A stretch of DNA of 64,000 bases, taken from Candidatus Fimenecus excrementavium (lineage in GTDB: Bacteria > Bacillota > Clostridia > Oscillospirales > Acutalibacteraceae). A model generated the notes under the pieces. The model had not been told where the DNA came from. It made no database searches and saw only the letters and a list, made by a program, of their open reading frames with translations. Both the position numbers and the translations under genes were made by a program. Below, one piece after another: positions 8,589 through 18,318 of this stretch. The DNA is taken from NCBI GenBank assembly GCA_018712805.1, contig DVGI01000020.1:51725-115724 (forward strand). The letters run 5' to 3'. Numbering within the stretch: the stretch's first letter is position 1; the number at the start of each line of letters is the position of its first letter.

Positions 8589-9686
8589 TTATTGAGTTAC
8601 ACCAAGTGCAGCCGCGACAATTTCCGCAAACTGTGCTTGAGTAGTAAAGTCCATATAAGAAGCAACACCGTCAATGTTCGAAACATCAATACCGTCGATA
8701 AACATATCACCATTGACATCGGAAGCCATAGCTGCTACTGAACCATCACCAGCCATGAAGCTGAAATCCATGTACGATGCAACACCGTCAACATTTGAAA
8801 CATCGATGCCGTCGACAAATCCGTCACCGTTTACATCTCCAAACATGACATAGTAATAGGTTTCTACAACATCGCCATTTGCATTCAACAACTCAATTTT
8901 AGCGCCAGTGCTGAAAGCACTATATGCTTCATTAGCCGTTACACGAATGGAGCCAGCTGGCGTTGTAAGGTTATTCAAAATGTCCGCGTCAGAGAAGACA
9001 TTATCAATACCATAGACAAAGCCATTGCCGTTTGCACAGTTGGAAACTCTGTCGATGATAATGCCAGCAGCTGAACCGGTTTCAGAAAGCTGAAGTTCGG
9101 GAGCAGCACCGCTGCCGATAGTAACCGCCGTATTGGTCAGAGAGAATTCCTGGCCGACAGCCGTTACGGTTGCGGTATTGACATCTGCGGTAGAATAGGC
9201 GCCCAAATACAGCTTGCCGCCGATATTGGTAGCCGTTTTCTGATCTTCCGCTTTGGTCGCAATCGGGGACGCCTGGGCGTTCGCTTTTGCGGTCAGCTGG
9301 AAGGTAAACAAAGTCGTGTTGCTAAGCTGTTTCGCTGTGCCGCCGGCTTTCGGGATGAAAGCGACCATGACACAACCAGCTTCTGTCGTGTTGATTGCAG
9401 TGTCTGTATAGCCAGCGCCGTAAAGGTCGGTGCTGGGGGTAACAGAATCGGGAACGAGGTCAAACGCCGCCGCGTCGTAATAAACCGGAACCGAAGTCGC
9501 CGCTGCATAATAATCCGTTGTAGCAGCAACAGTCACGGTAACGGTCGCCCCGACTTCGACTTGCGTCTCACTCGCGGAAACTGTGATTGTCGCGTTTTGA
9601 TCCGCCGCAAAAGCGCCGAACGCAAACAATCCCGCAATCATAACAACAGCCAAAACGACGCTAATCGCTTTTTTTGCTTTTGTCAT
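8589..9686 (-). CDS. Secreted cohesin-like plus dockerin-like adaptor protein
   Basis: 365 aa. Signal peptide ...GLFAFGAFA. Cohesin-like ITVSASETQVEVGATVTVTVAATTD...VPVYYDAAAFDLV...LFTFQLTAKA. The C-terminus carries two near-identical Ca-loop repeats, DVNGDGFVDGIDVSNVDGVASYMDF and DVNGDMFIDGIDVSNIDGVASYMDF. Confidence 0.75.
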   Translation of the reverse strand: MTKAKKAISVVLAVVMIAGLFAFGAFAADQNATITVSASETQVEVGATVTVTVAATTDYYAAATSVPVYYDAAAFDLVPDSVTPSTDLYGAGYTDTAINTTEAGCVMVAFIPKAGGTAKQLSNTTLFTFQLTAKANAQASPIATKAEDQKTATNIGGKLYLGAYSTADVNTATVTAVGQEFSLTNTAVTIGSGAAPELQLSETGSAAGIIIDRVSNCANGNGFVYGIDNVFSDADILNNLTTPAGSIRVTANEAYSAFSTGAKIELLNANGDVVETYYYVMFGDVNGDGFVDGIDVSNVDGVASYMDFSFMAGDGSVAAMASDVNGDMFIDGIDVSNIDGVASYMDFTTQAQFAEIVAAALGVTQ

Positions 9687-9715
9687 AATTTTTCCTCCTT
9701 ATATTCTTCCCATAT

Positions 9716-9744
9716 AATATACCTGCAAAACGGGAAAAAGTCAA
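9716..9744 (-). promoter_or_regulatory. Sigma-A-type promoter candidate for 8589-9686 and downstream genes
   Basis: Minus strand: TTGACT, 17 nt, TATATT, about 30 nt upstream of the ATG at 9686. Confidence 0.5.
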
Positions 9745-9904
9745 CAAGTAACTTTTATTTGGAAAAAACTTTCTGTTTGCAAAAATCGACAATCAGCTAT
9801 CACTCTAACCGCCTTTTTTGCAAAAAAAGTGGTGAAACAGAAGTTTTCCGCCGTTTATTTTGCATACTACATTTCGCAGAAATGTCTGCGATGGAAATTC
9901 ATGC

Positions 9905-9933
9905 GTGCCGCCGGCCGGAGAGACCGGCGGCAC
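9905..9933. other. GC-rich 10-bp hairpin between the giant gene and the next gene (partial terminator?)
   Basis: GTGCCGCCGG-9 nt-CCGGCGGCAC. The T-run lies on the plus-strand side (ATTTTTC); the minus-strand side has only GCATGAATTT, so termination of the minus-strand transcript is uncertain. Confidence 0.4.
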
Positions 9934-9969
9934 ATTTTTCATTGGGATTTTTCAGAACTTTTGCTTTGG

Positions 9970-12900
9970 TTATCTAACCTGGTCGATGGTAGCAGTGCCC
10001 GCGATAGCGTCTTTCACGAGTGTGTAGTCCGCCACAGCGACCTGTGCGTCGGCGTTGGTGTCAGCCGCGAGGCCGTAAGCACCGGTAAGCGCCTGGACAT
10101 CAGCCAAGCCAAGGTCAAGAACCGCCGCGTCGAACGCGTCAACCGCGCCGTCGCCGTTCACATCACCGTAAATAACCACGGTGTAGGTAGCAACCGTCTG
10201 GCCGCCAAGCTCAGCAACATTAACTTTCACGGTTGCGCCGGTGCCGTAATAACCGGCAGCGGAAGCAACGCTTTCAAGCGTTGCAGTGTAGCCTGCGGGG
10301 GCAGAAGCTTTGACGAGCGCAAGCAGGTCTTCGCCGGAAGCGATGGTTGCAGGAACAAGACCATCAATGATGAGTTCGGTCTGCTCAACGTTGGTGCTGT
10401 TATCCGGGACGTCTTCGTCCGGAACAACCTGGATTGCGCAGGTGAACTGGTTGATAGCATCCTGGAGCGTCGCGACCTGAGAAGCAAGTTCAGCGTCGGT
10501 CGTGGAGCTCATAACGCGATCCGAAGCCACATAGGCTTTTGCGGAATTCACGTAGAGGTTCTGGATGTCGCCGTTTTCGTCTTCATATTCATAGCCGAGT
10601 GCGGCAACAAGGTTTGCCCAAGCGTCAGCAGCTTCGCCTTCCTTCACGGTGTAAAGGTCGGTGTTCTGGAACATGACGTCTGCCTGAGCGATTAAGGATT
10701 CAAGCTGCATGTAAGCGCCGTTGTCTTTCGCGGAATCTTCTTTCGCCATCAACTGATTCTGTGTGATCATCAGGTTGTATTTCGCGTTAAAGACTTCAGA
10801 CTGCAATGCATCGGGTGCGCTGTTGACCTCGTTTGCAGTTGCAAGCGCTGCACTGTAAGCCGCCCAAGAATCTGTGGAGAAGTTGCCTTCTTCATAGCCC
10901 TGTGCGTTTGCAGCAGCAATTTCTTTTGCAAGGAACTGTTTTTCAGCAGTCTTTGCAATCAGGAACTGTTTGTAGTAACCAAGCAAAGCTGCCTGATTTG
11001 CATTGTCCAAAGCGGTATAAGTCGGATATACATACTCTGCCAAAGCAGCTTTATAAGCATCCTTATCAGCTTCGGACGGCTGAACCAAGGTCTTTTCGAT
11101 AGCATCTTTCAAAGTGCTATTAGCTGCTGCCGCAGAAATTTCAAGGATTTCTGCTTCAGAAAGGTCGCATCCTTCAATATAGGCATCCGGAGCCTCGGGA
11201 GCAGTGTACTCTTGAATTCTATTTCTTGTAGCAGTTCTTTCGTCCTGATACTCAAAATATTCATGAAGTCTGTAGTCCTGATAGTTAATTTCTTTATCAA
11301 GATTTTCAGCCTGTGCAAGAGCTTCTTCCAAAACATCAACAGTTGCTGCGGTCGAGGACTTCTTGAGCAGGTTTTCGACTGCTGTTTCAAGCTGTTCTAC
11401 CGCTGCATCCAAGTTTTGCTGGGTGTAAACAGAAGAGAAGCTGGAGGTCATCATAGGAGCTTTCAAATAGTACGCCGCATTCTGCATCGCAGCAAGATAT
11501 GCACTCCACTCCGCATCGGCGGATTCATCAAAGTAAACTCTCTGATAACCAGCATCTACTGTCGAATCAAACAAGGCCTGCAATTCACCAGTATTAGCAT
11601 ACCACAGGCGATCAAAGTTGACATTGAATTTACCGTCCGGGTTAAAGATGAATGTAGACTGTGCGTAGAAATTACCCAAAGCAATGCTGTCGCCCGACTG
11701 CAAGCCAGAGAGATCAGCACCAGTGTATGCTGCGGGTTTGATAACAACGACAGACTGTTTGTCAACGCCAGTGAATCGAGCGCCAGTGTCGCGGACATAG
11801 GTGCCATCGAAGCCGGTATAGCTACCGTTCTTGCCGCCGCTTCCGCCCAAGCTGGATGTACCTGTGAAGGTAACAGACAAGTTGTTAATAGTGTTCGGGA
11901 TACTCTTAATAGAAGTAACAACCGGATTCAACGGTGAACCGTTAACTGAAGTTTCAGCGCCTGAACCCGTGAATGTACCATTCATGTCGGAAAGCTGTGC
12001 TGTCGCATAGTTAAACTCATAAACGGACTGTTGTGTACCAAGTGTGGTACCGTCTTTAAAGGTGTAGTGGTACTGCACTTCAACTGTAACAGCACCTTCG
12101 CCAGAAGCCGTGTAGGCATAGCTTGCAGATGCGCCCGGAGCGACTGTTTGATTCCCTGAGAAAGACACGGAACCATTTGTTGCAACGATATTATCAATTA
12201 CAATGTTATAAGGCTGGTCATAAGACCCATCTGAGCGCTTCAACAGCATGCCGGAAGAAAGGTTGGTAATCTTAACGGTCTCAGCCGCACCCATATAAAT
12301 GTAATCATATCCGTTTGCATTTGTAAACGAGATATCAGGTGCTGCTAATTTCTGTGCATCTGTCGTCCAACCAACGAAGAAGTTCAACAGCGGCATTACA
12401 CCATCAAGGAGACCATTCTGGTACGCTGTAAAGAGCTTCGCCAAAAGATTTTCAGCAAAGTTAGCAATGTTTGTCTGGTTAAACACGCTGTCAATGCTTG
12501 TAATCACGGAAGAATCTAACAAGTCGCCACCAGCTGTTTTCTTGAGAAGCCCATTCAGAAGATCGCGAACGACCTGAACAACGGCAGTAAATGTGCCGGT
12601 GGTTCTCAAGACACTGTTTTCGGGAATGTTAAACATATTGACCGGTTTAACGATGTCCAAATTCAGCAAAGAAACAACAAAGTTGTCTCTCAAAGCAGTC
12701 TCAAGCCAAGTCTTGCCATCAGCAGGTGTAACATTAAGAATCTGCTCAACCGGAAGCAAGCTGCGGATGATTGCGTCAAGCTTCACCCACGGATCCTGTG
12801 CGGTTGCAAGGTCGATGGTGAAGGAACTGGTATCAACAAAGTTCTCCATCTTCCAAGTCCACTCATAGTCATTGCAAAGAGCCCAGTCAACGACCCAGTC

Positions 12901-14967
12901 AATCGTCTCTTCCCACTTCTGCGGGTTAGCTTCGAACTCGCCGAGTTCATAAGTTTTGGATGCAGCAAATTTATAGCCGACATCCGTATCCTCGCCGAGG
13001 TCAGCAAGGTTTTTCAGATAAGACATACCAATGTCCACGCCGATGGTCAGGCAAACATCCAGCCAGTAGCTGTTGTCTTTGTCCAGCAAGATCTTGTTGT
13101 TGTAGTCGGAATAAATCAGTGCATCATAGTTGTAGGTCGGGACAAACTGTGTTGCAAGTTCACGAAGAACTGCAGCCAACAGAGCGCCGACATTTTGACC
13201 CTTCAGATTTTCAGCCGACGGAAGGTTGAGCTGAGGCATCAAGAACTCAAGAAGTTTCGCCGCAATACCGCAGACAATTTCCTGGTTGGTGGAGCTCGGA
13301 TCCATCATCAACTGATAATAACCTGTGTTGTAGTTTTCGCCGAAAATGGATTCGGGGCTGTAGTTAACAACATAGCGAGCCGCTTTCTTCGCATTTTCAA
13401 GAAGGTTGGAGTTGTCACCGTCAACCCAAGCAATTGCAGAAACAACTTCAGGGGTGAAGACGGTTTCAATTACCTTACCGAAGAAATCATTTGCAGCCTG
13501 CAGAACGGTGGTATAACCAGCCGCAGAAGCAGTCTTGCCGTCAGCTGCTGCAGGAATGAACTCATCGATGAAATCATCTGTGATCTTATAATCCCAGTTG
13601 ATGATATCAAAATAAGGATTGGTGTTGGAAAGGTCAGAAGAGTAAATCTGATCTTCAAAACGATAATAGTGGTTACCGTTGATTACAGCGTAATCAGACC
13701 ACTCCCAAAGGTATTCGCCCTGTTCCTGGGTGAAGAAAGCGTTGCCGGAATCCGGAAGTGCTGTAACTTCTTCGCTGCCGACTTCGCCGACATATGTAAA
13801 GGAAGCACCGAACCATTGTGCAAGAGCTTTCTTAACAGAACCGTTCAGAACGACAGGCGCCATCTCCTGGAATACATAAGGCGCAAACTTGTAAAGCAGA
13901 GTAGCTGCAGAATCTGTCTCAAGATCCAAAGTTGCACTGCCAGTGCTCAGAGCGTTTGCGAAAGACGGAAGCCAGTAGCTGTCGTTCTCATAATACTTCA
14001 GATTGTCGCCTTCAGCAGTTTTGAACACATATTCACCACTGCCGACCGGCTCTTCGGTCTTATAGTATTTCGCTTCTTCAGCCGTGTATTCATAAGTTAC
14101 GGGATCCAGCACATAGAAGGTGTAATACTCACCGGTTGAATCCTGACCCTTTTCATACGCGTAACGCAAATAATCGTCCTGTGTGGGAAGCGTGTGGTTG
14201 CTGATGCATACGCCTTCAGCATTCTCTTTATAAGAAGTGTTGCTTTGAGGCTTTGTGAACAAAGACTTCACGAAGCTGTTCAAAACCGCCTGCACACCGC
14301 CGTTGCCCTGCGTGCTCGCCAAAGCACCCATCTGCGTCAGGTCGTCGTCTTTTCTTTCAAGCAGCGGGAAGATGAGGCCTTTGATCAGGCCGGGTATATC
14401 GCCGATATAGCCGCTAACAGCACTAAGATCGACAAAGCTGTTTGCAACGCCGAGATCCAGCTTGCCGGTGCGAAGAACATTACCGACAACACCTGCATTG
14501 TTTTTCAGAACCTCAAGCAGTTCATAAATAATCGTCAGCTGCTCGGTGTTTTCACGCGTCATGCCAGACTGCCAGCTTTTCAAATTAACATCACCGATAA
14601 TACCGACCATCCATTTCAAACCGGAAATCAAGCCATTGTTCAAAATAGATTGCACATTGTCTACCGTTCCGCACAATGCATTAACTGAAGTCAAGTTAAT
14701 GTTCAGCGTGCCAAGAACGCTCAAATCGATGGGGTCCATTACGATGTTGGCATCACCAAGCACCTGATCGAGATAATCGAACAGGATGGATACACGCTCT
14801 TCTGTAGACAGTCTGGTGACTGCGCCGTATGGGCTGTAAGCTTCCAGTGCCTGCAGGTTTTCAACAGTTTTATATTCTGTTTTCGCCGCAGAAGCCAGCA
14901 CGGTCATGCTCGAGAAAAGCATCACAATTGCCAAGATGACGCTCAACAATTTGGTTGACTTTTTCAT
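9970..14967 (-). CDS. Giant secreted dockerin-bearing protein, 1665 aa; the N-terminal ~1000 aa has no recognisable domain
   Basis: Signal peptide MKKSTKLLSVILAIVMLFSSMTVLASA. Several three-helix FIVAR-like segments (e.g. FSTDSWAAYSAALATANEVNSAP, DAEWSAYLAAMQNAAYYL). C-terminal dockerin-like YGDVNGDGAVDAFDAAVLDL...ADTNADAQVAVADYTLVKDAI. AGGAGG SD. Confidence 0.85.
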   Translation of the reverse strand: MKKSTKLLSVILAIVMLFSSMTVLASAAKTEYKTVENLQALEAYSPYGAVTRLSTEERVSILFDYLDQVLGDANIVMDPIDLSVLGTLNINLTSVNALCGTVDNVQSILNNGLISGLKWMVGIIGDVNLKSWQSGMTRENTEQLTIIYELLEVLKNNAGVVGNVLRTGKLDLGVANSFVDLSAVSGYIGDIPGLIKGLIFPLLERKDDDLTQMGALASTQGNGGVQAVLNSFVKSLFTKPQSNTSYKENAEGVCISNHTLPTQDDYLRYAYEKGQDSTGEYYTFYVLDPVTYEYTAEEAKYYKTEEPVGSGEYVFKTAEGDNLKYYENDSYWLPSFANALSTGSATLDLETDSAATLLYKFAPYVFQEMAPVVLNGSVKKALAQWFGASFTYVGEVGSEEVTALPDSGNAFFTQEQGEYLWEWSDYAVINGNHYYRFEDQIYSSDLSNTNPYFDIINWDYKITDDFIDEFIPAAADGKTASAAGYTTVLQAANDFFGKVIETVFTPEVVSAIAWVDGDNSNLLENAKKAARYVVNYSPESIFGENYNTGYYQLMMDPSSTNQEIVCGIAAKLLEFLMPQLNLPSAENLKGQNVGALLAAVLRELATQFVPTYNYDALIYSDYNNKILLDKDNSYWLDVCLTIGVDIGMSYLKNLADLGEDTDVGYKFAASKTYELGEFEANPQKWEETIDWVVDWALCNDYEWTWKMENFVDTSSFTIDLATAQDPWVKLDAIIRSLLPVEQILNVTPADGKTWLETALRDNFVVSLLNLDIVKPVNMFNIPENSVLRTTGTFTAVVQVVRDLLNGLLKKTAGGDLLDSSVITSIDSVFNQTNIANFAENLLAKLFTAYQNGLLDGVMPLLNFFVGWTTDAQKLAAPDISFTNANGYDYIYMGAAETVKITNLSSGMLLKRSDGSYDQPYNIVIDNIVATNGSVSFSGNQTVAPGASASYAYTASGEGAVTVEVQYHYTFKDGTTLGTQQSVYEFNYATAQLSDMNGTFTGSGAETSVNGSPLNPVVTSIKSIPNTINNLSVTFTGTSSLGGSGGKNGSYTGFDGTYVRDTGARFTGVDKQSVVVIKPAAYTGADLSGLQSGDSIALGNFYAQSTFIFNPDGKFNVNFDRLWYANTGELQALFDSTVDAGYQRVYFDESADAEWSAYLAAMQNAAYYLKAPMMTSSFSSVYTQQNLDAAVEQLETAVENLLKKSSTAATVDVLEEALAQAENLDKEINYQDYRLHEYFEYQDERTATRNRIQEYTAPEAPDAYIEGCDLSEAEILEISAAAANSTLKDAIEKTLVQPSEADKDAYKAALAEYVYPTYTALDNANQAALLGYYKQFLIAKTAEKQFLAKEIAAANAQGYEEGNFSTDSWAAYSAALATANEVNSAPDALQSEVFNAKYNLMITQNQLMAKEDSAKDNGAYMQLESLIAQADVMFQNTDLYTVKEGEAADAWANLVAALGYEYEDENGDIQNLYVNSAKAYVASDRVMSSTTDAELASQVATLQDAINQFTCAIQVVPDEDVPDNSTNVEQTELIIDGLVPATIASGEDLLALVKASAPAGYTATLESVASAAGYYGTGATVKVNVAELGGQTVATYTVVIYGDVNGDGAVDAFDAAVLDLGLADVQALTGAYGLAADTNADAQVAVADYTLVKDAIAGTATIDQVR

Positions 14968-15323
14968 GTTTTGTTTTCCTCCTATTGAAATTTACATTGT
15001 AAAAACAATGCATCCGCCCCGCCTTCTCTTTGCCGGCGCGGGACTGAAACCGGCATTGTTGGGAGCCCGATTGCTTCCTCCTCTGACCAACCGCAGAATT
15101 TGCGGAAGGACTGGCAAAAGCGCTCGTCTTTACTCGGAGGCCCTCCACCTAAACTCCGCTTTCTTTGCAAAGTCGGCGGAAGACAGATGATACACACCCG
15201 AGCGTAAACCTTAGGATGTGTATCAAAATGGGTTGGAACTCGTCCCCCGCGTTTTTTAGGGGACAGTTGCCTCTTAAAAAAGAAGACAATTCGCCCCAAT
15301 ACACCATTCCTATGGTTAGGAAA

Positions 15324-15352
15324 ATTATAGAATTTTTATAAAAAAAAGTCAA
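15324..15352 (-). promoter_or_regulatory. Canonical sigma-A promoter upstream of the giant gene
   Basis: Minus strand: TTGACT, 17 nt, TATAAT. The predicted TSS near 15317 leaves a 5' UTR of about 350 nt. Confidence 0.6.
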
Positions 15353-15577
15353 CAGATTATTCATGGTTTTTTCTCGTTTTTATGATTTCAACAAATAAAT
15401 TTGTGTTTTTTGGGCAAGTTATGCAAAGAATTTTGGCAATTTTGTTCTAAAGTTATGAATAAATTATGAACTTAGATGAGGCCGGATTTTTCGCCTCTAT
15501 TTTTCTTTTTTGGCATATAAAACCACTGTTTTTTCGCCATACAACATCTTGTTTTTTATTAAAATTCCAACCGCAAA

Positions 15578-15617
15578 ATATAGAAAACGGCAGACAGCTT
15601 CAACGCTGCCTGCCGTT
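15578..15617 (-). terminator. Rho-independent terminator after the lipoprotein gene 15640-16377
   Basis: 12-bp stem AACGGCAGGCAG/CTGTCTGCCGTT (one G-T pair), followed on the minus strand by TTTCTATATTTT. Confidence 0.6.
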
Positions 15618-15639
15618 AAAACATTATAACACAGAGCCA

Positions 15640-16377
15640 TTATTTGGCTTCGGTTTCCTTGGGAAGATCTTTCATAATTAAATTCGCGTCAATAATAGCT
15701 GAAATATCATAAGAGGTGTCCTGCTTGCCATCGCCGCAAATATAATCAATTTTAAATACATGCCCCTGATAAATATAATAGAATATCTGCGAATAGAAAA
15801 GCCGGGTGCCGTCGCTTTGTGTAAGAGAAAATGTCATAATTCTGCAGTCCAGCGACTGTTGGGTTAATGTTTTTTCAGCATATTCAAAAGAAGCTGTGCT
15901 GTTTTCGTAAGCCTTTTCCATCTGCTGCGCAACTTCCTGAGCCTGCTGCTTTTTCTCGGCAAAAATGCTGTCAATGGTAGCCGTGGCCGGAGCAGCGCCA
16001 AGATCTGTAATCTGCACATAGCTCTTGTCGTTTCCTTCTTTGAAAGCGCGGTTCATTTCATCAATGGTCCAGCCGTCCGGATAAGTAATCTTATATTCCG
16101 GCGTTTCCAGTGTGGTGCCAGAAGAGATTCTGTCCGGGAAAGTCACCGCGTTAGTCTGCGGCTCTCCGTTTGCGTCCTCCACATATTTTCCGTTTTCATC
16201 GGTCACATATACAACAAGCTCGCCATTATCATTAACAACCGTGTTTCCCTCTTCATCGGTCACAAGCGGATACTCATAGCCCTCTTTCGTGACAATGGTC
16301 GGTCCTTTGCCGCAGGCGACAAACAAAAGCGTCAGCGCCAAAACAAGCGCCGCAACAGCGATAATCTTTTTTTGCAT
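15640..16377 (-). CDS. Lipoprotein of unknown function with TDENG-type linker repeats
   Basis: 245 aa. Lipobox LLFVAC after MQKKIIAVAALVLALT; VTDEEGNTVVNDNGELVVYVTDENGKYVEDANGEP; GGAGG SD. Confidence 0.8.
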   Translation of the reverse strand: MQKKIIAVAALVLALTLLFVACGKGPTIVTKEGYEYPLVTDEEGNTVVNDNGELVVYVTDENGKYVEDANGEPQTNAVTFPDRISSGTTLETPEYKITYPDGWTIDEMNRAFKEGNDKSYVQITDLGAAPATATIDSIFAEKKQQAQEVAQQMEKAYENSTASFEYAEKTLTQQSLDCRIMTFSLTQSDGTRLFYSQIFYYIYQGHVFKIDYICGDGKQDTSYDISAIIDANLIMKDLPKETEAK

Positions 16378-16441
16378 TTGGATTCCTCCGTTCGCCGGCT
16401 ATACCGGCAGGTTTTCGGTAGCGCGTTAAGCAGTTATAAAA

Positions 16442-16470
16442 ATTATAGAGTTTTTGCAGAAAAAAGTCAA
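16442..16470 (-). promoter_or_regulatory. Canonical sigma-A promoter for the lipoprotein gene (same cassette as 15324-15352)
   Basis: Minus strand: TTGACT, 17 nt, TATAAT. The surrounding 32 nt is about 27/32 identical to 15321-15352. Confidence 0.6.
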
Positions 16471-16503
16471 TCTATAATCCCGAATTTGTCCCGCGCGCCG
16501 CCG

Positions 16504-16540
16504 ATAAAAATCACCGCTTGCCGAAACCGGTAAGCGGTGA
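16504..16540 (-). terminator. Rho-independent terminator after proS
   Basis: TCACCGCTT-12 nt-AAGCGGTGA, followed on the minus strand by TTTTTAT. Confidence 0.75.
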
Positions 16541-16564
16541 GAAAAGTTAAATTGCTTTTGCGGT

Positions 16565-18001
16565 TTAATACGCTTTGCCCCAATAGAGCATTTTGTCGGC
16601 AGGCTTGCCGCAGCAAACGCAGGTGTCCGCAATATGTTCCTGCTCAAAGGGAATGCAGCGCGAGGACACGCCGGCATATTCCTTAAGCTTTTCTTCACAT
16701 TCGCGGCTGCCGCACCACATGGCTTTGATAAAGCCGGGCTTGTTGTCGGCAATGTCTTTGAGTTCGTCGAGCGTTTTCGCGGTATAGGTCATGTTCGCTC
16801 TGCGCGCAAGCGCCGCTTGGAACAAACCGTCTTGCACGGCGTCGAGCAGTTTCGGAATTTCGGTTTCGAGGTCGTCGAGCGACACGAAATATTTTTCGCG
16901 GTTGTCGCGGCGGACCAATACGCACTGATTTTTCTCGATGTCTTTCGGTCCGATTTCCAAACGCAGCGGCACGCCTTTCATTTCATATTCGGCGAACTTC
17001 CAACCGGGAGAATTGTCGCCGGTGTCGATTTTTACGCGGCAGAACTTGCTGAGTCTGTCGGTGAGTTCCTGCGCTTTTTCCAAAACGCCCGGTTTGTGCG
17101 CCGCGACCGGAATGACGACGACCTGAATCGGTGCAACTTTCGGCGGCAGAACAAGACCGTTGTTGTCGCCGTGGGTCATAATAATAGCGCCGATAAGCCG
17201 CGTGGTGCTGCCCCAGGAGGTCTGGAACGGATATTTCAGTTTATTATCTTTGTCGGTAAACTGGATGTCAAACGCGCGCGCAAAACCGTCGCCGAAATAG
17301 TGGGAGGTTGCGCTTTGGAGCGCCTTGCCGTCATGCATCAGCGCTTCAATCGTGTAAGTGTCTTCCGCACCGGCGAAACGCTCTTTTTCGGTTTTTACAC
17401 CTTTAACGACCGGCATTGCAAGATAGTTTTCACAAAAATCGGCATACACGTTGAGCATGCGGATTGTCTCTTCGCGCGCTTCCTCGGCGGTGGCGTGGAT
17501 GGTGTGCCCCTCCTGCCACAAAAATTCGCGGGAACGCAAAAACGGACGGGTGGTTTTTTCCCAGCGCACGACGGAAACCCATTGGTTGTAAAGCTTCGGC
17601 AAATCGCGGTAAGAATGCACGATTGCTTTATAGTGTTCACAGAACAGGGTTTCGGAGGTCGGGCGCACGCAAAGGCGTTCTTCGAGCTTTTCATTGCCGC
17701 CGTAGGTGACCCAGGCGACCTCGGGCGCGAAACCCTCAACGTGGTCTTTTTCTTTATTGAGCAGGCTTTCCGGAATAAACATCGGCATGCAGACATTTTC
17801 ATGTCCGAGCGCCTTAAACTCCCGGTCGAGCTCTTTCTGAATATTTTCCCAAATGGCATAGCCGTAGGGGCGGATGACCATACAGCCTTTTACGCTGGTG
17901 TATTCGATAAGCTCCGCCTTTTTCACAACGTCGGTATACCATTTTGCGAAATCTTCCTCCATCGAGGTGATTTCTTCAACCATTTTTTTCTGTTGTGCCA
18001 T
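16565..18001 (-). CDS. proS: Proline--tRNA ligase (archaeal/eukaryote-like short form)
   Basis: 478 aa, ...[39 protein letters not shown]...FAPEVAWVT...; class II aaRS motifs; C-terminal zinc-type CxxC ...CVCCGKPA. Confidence 0.93.
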   Translation of the reverse strand: MAQQKKMVEEITSMEEDFAKWYTDVVKKAELIEYTSVKGCMVIRPYGYAIWENIQKELDREFKALGHENVCMPMFIPESLLNKEKDHVEGFAPEVAWVTYGGNEKLEERLCVRPTSETLFCEHYKAIVHSYRDLPKLYNQWVSVVRWEKTTRPFLRSREFLWQEGHTIHATAEEAREETIRMLNVYADFCENYLAMPVVKGVKTEKERFAGAEDTYTIEALMHDGKALQSATSHYFGDGFARAFDIQFTDKDNKLKYPFQTSWGSTTRLIGAIIMTHGDNNGLVLPPKVAPIQVVVIPVAAHKPGVLEKAQELTDRLSKFCRVKIDTGDNSPGWKFAEYEMKGVPLRLEIGPKDIEKNQCVLVRRDNREKYFVSLDDLETEIPKLLDAVQDGLFQAALARRANMTYTAKTLDELKDIADNKPGFIKAMWCGSRECEEKLKEYAGVSSRCIPFEQEHIADTCVCCGKPADKMLYWGKAY

Positions 18002-18052
18002 GTTTTACTTCCTTCACTTCTCCACTGTTTCCCCGGGAAAACCCGGAAAGGC

Positions 18053-18277
18053 TCAGTGTTCTTCGATATATTTCACGATATCGCCGACGGTTTTAATGTT
18101 GCGGACTTCCTCTTCGGGGACTTCAATCTGGAATTCGTCTTCAAACGACATGACCAAATCCACAAGGTCCAGGCTGTCGGCGTCTAAGTCTTCTTTGAGC
18201 AGGGTGTTTTCGGTTACCTGATCCGGCTCCAAATCAAACTGTTCGCAAATGATATCTCTAACTTTTTCAAAAATCAT
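18053..18277 (-). CDS. acpP: Acyl carrier protein
   Basis: 74 aa; phosphopantetheine site LDADSLDLVDLVMSFEDEF. Confidence 0.9.
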   Translation of the reverse strand: MIFEKVRDIICEQFDLEPDQVTENTLLKEDLDADSLDLVDLVMSFEDEFQIEVPEEEVRNIKTVGDIVKYIEEH

Positions 18278-18318
18278 AAAGGTACCTCCTTAACGGTCGC
18301 AATCACATATACTACAAT

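Noticed and set aside
14968-15323. c-di-GMP (GEMM-I/II) or another known riboswitch in the giant-gene leader.
   Set aside because: I could not find the conserved GEMM cores (ACGCACAGGGCAAACC / GGGACGCAAAGCC) or the T-box, SAM, TPP, FMN or glycine signatures. It is reported only as an unclassified structured leader.
16634-18187. Very long antisense ORFs, e.g. 16634-18187 (517 aa), 37789-39453 (554 aa), 40830-41843 (337 aa), 13195-14139, 22973-23797 and 48404-49087.
   Set aside because: These are shadow frames typical of G+C-rich DNA opposite strongly recognisable genes (proS, ppdK, the aminotransferase, etc.). They have no SD or motifs and a skewed R/G/V/F composition.
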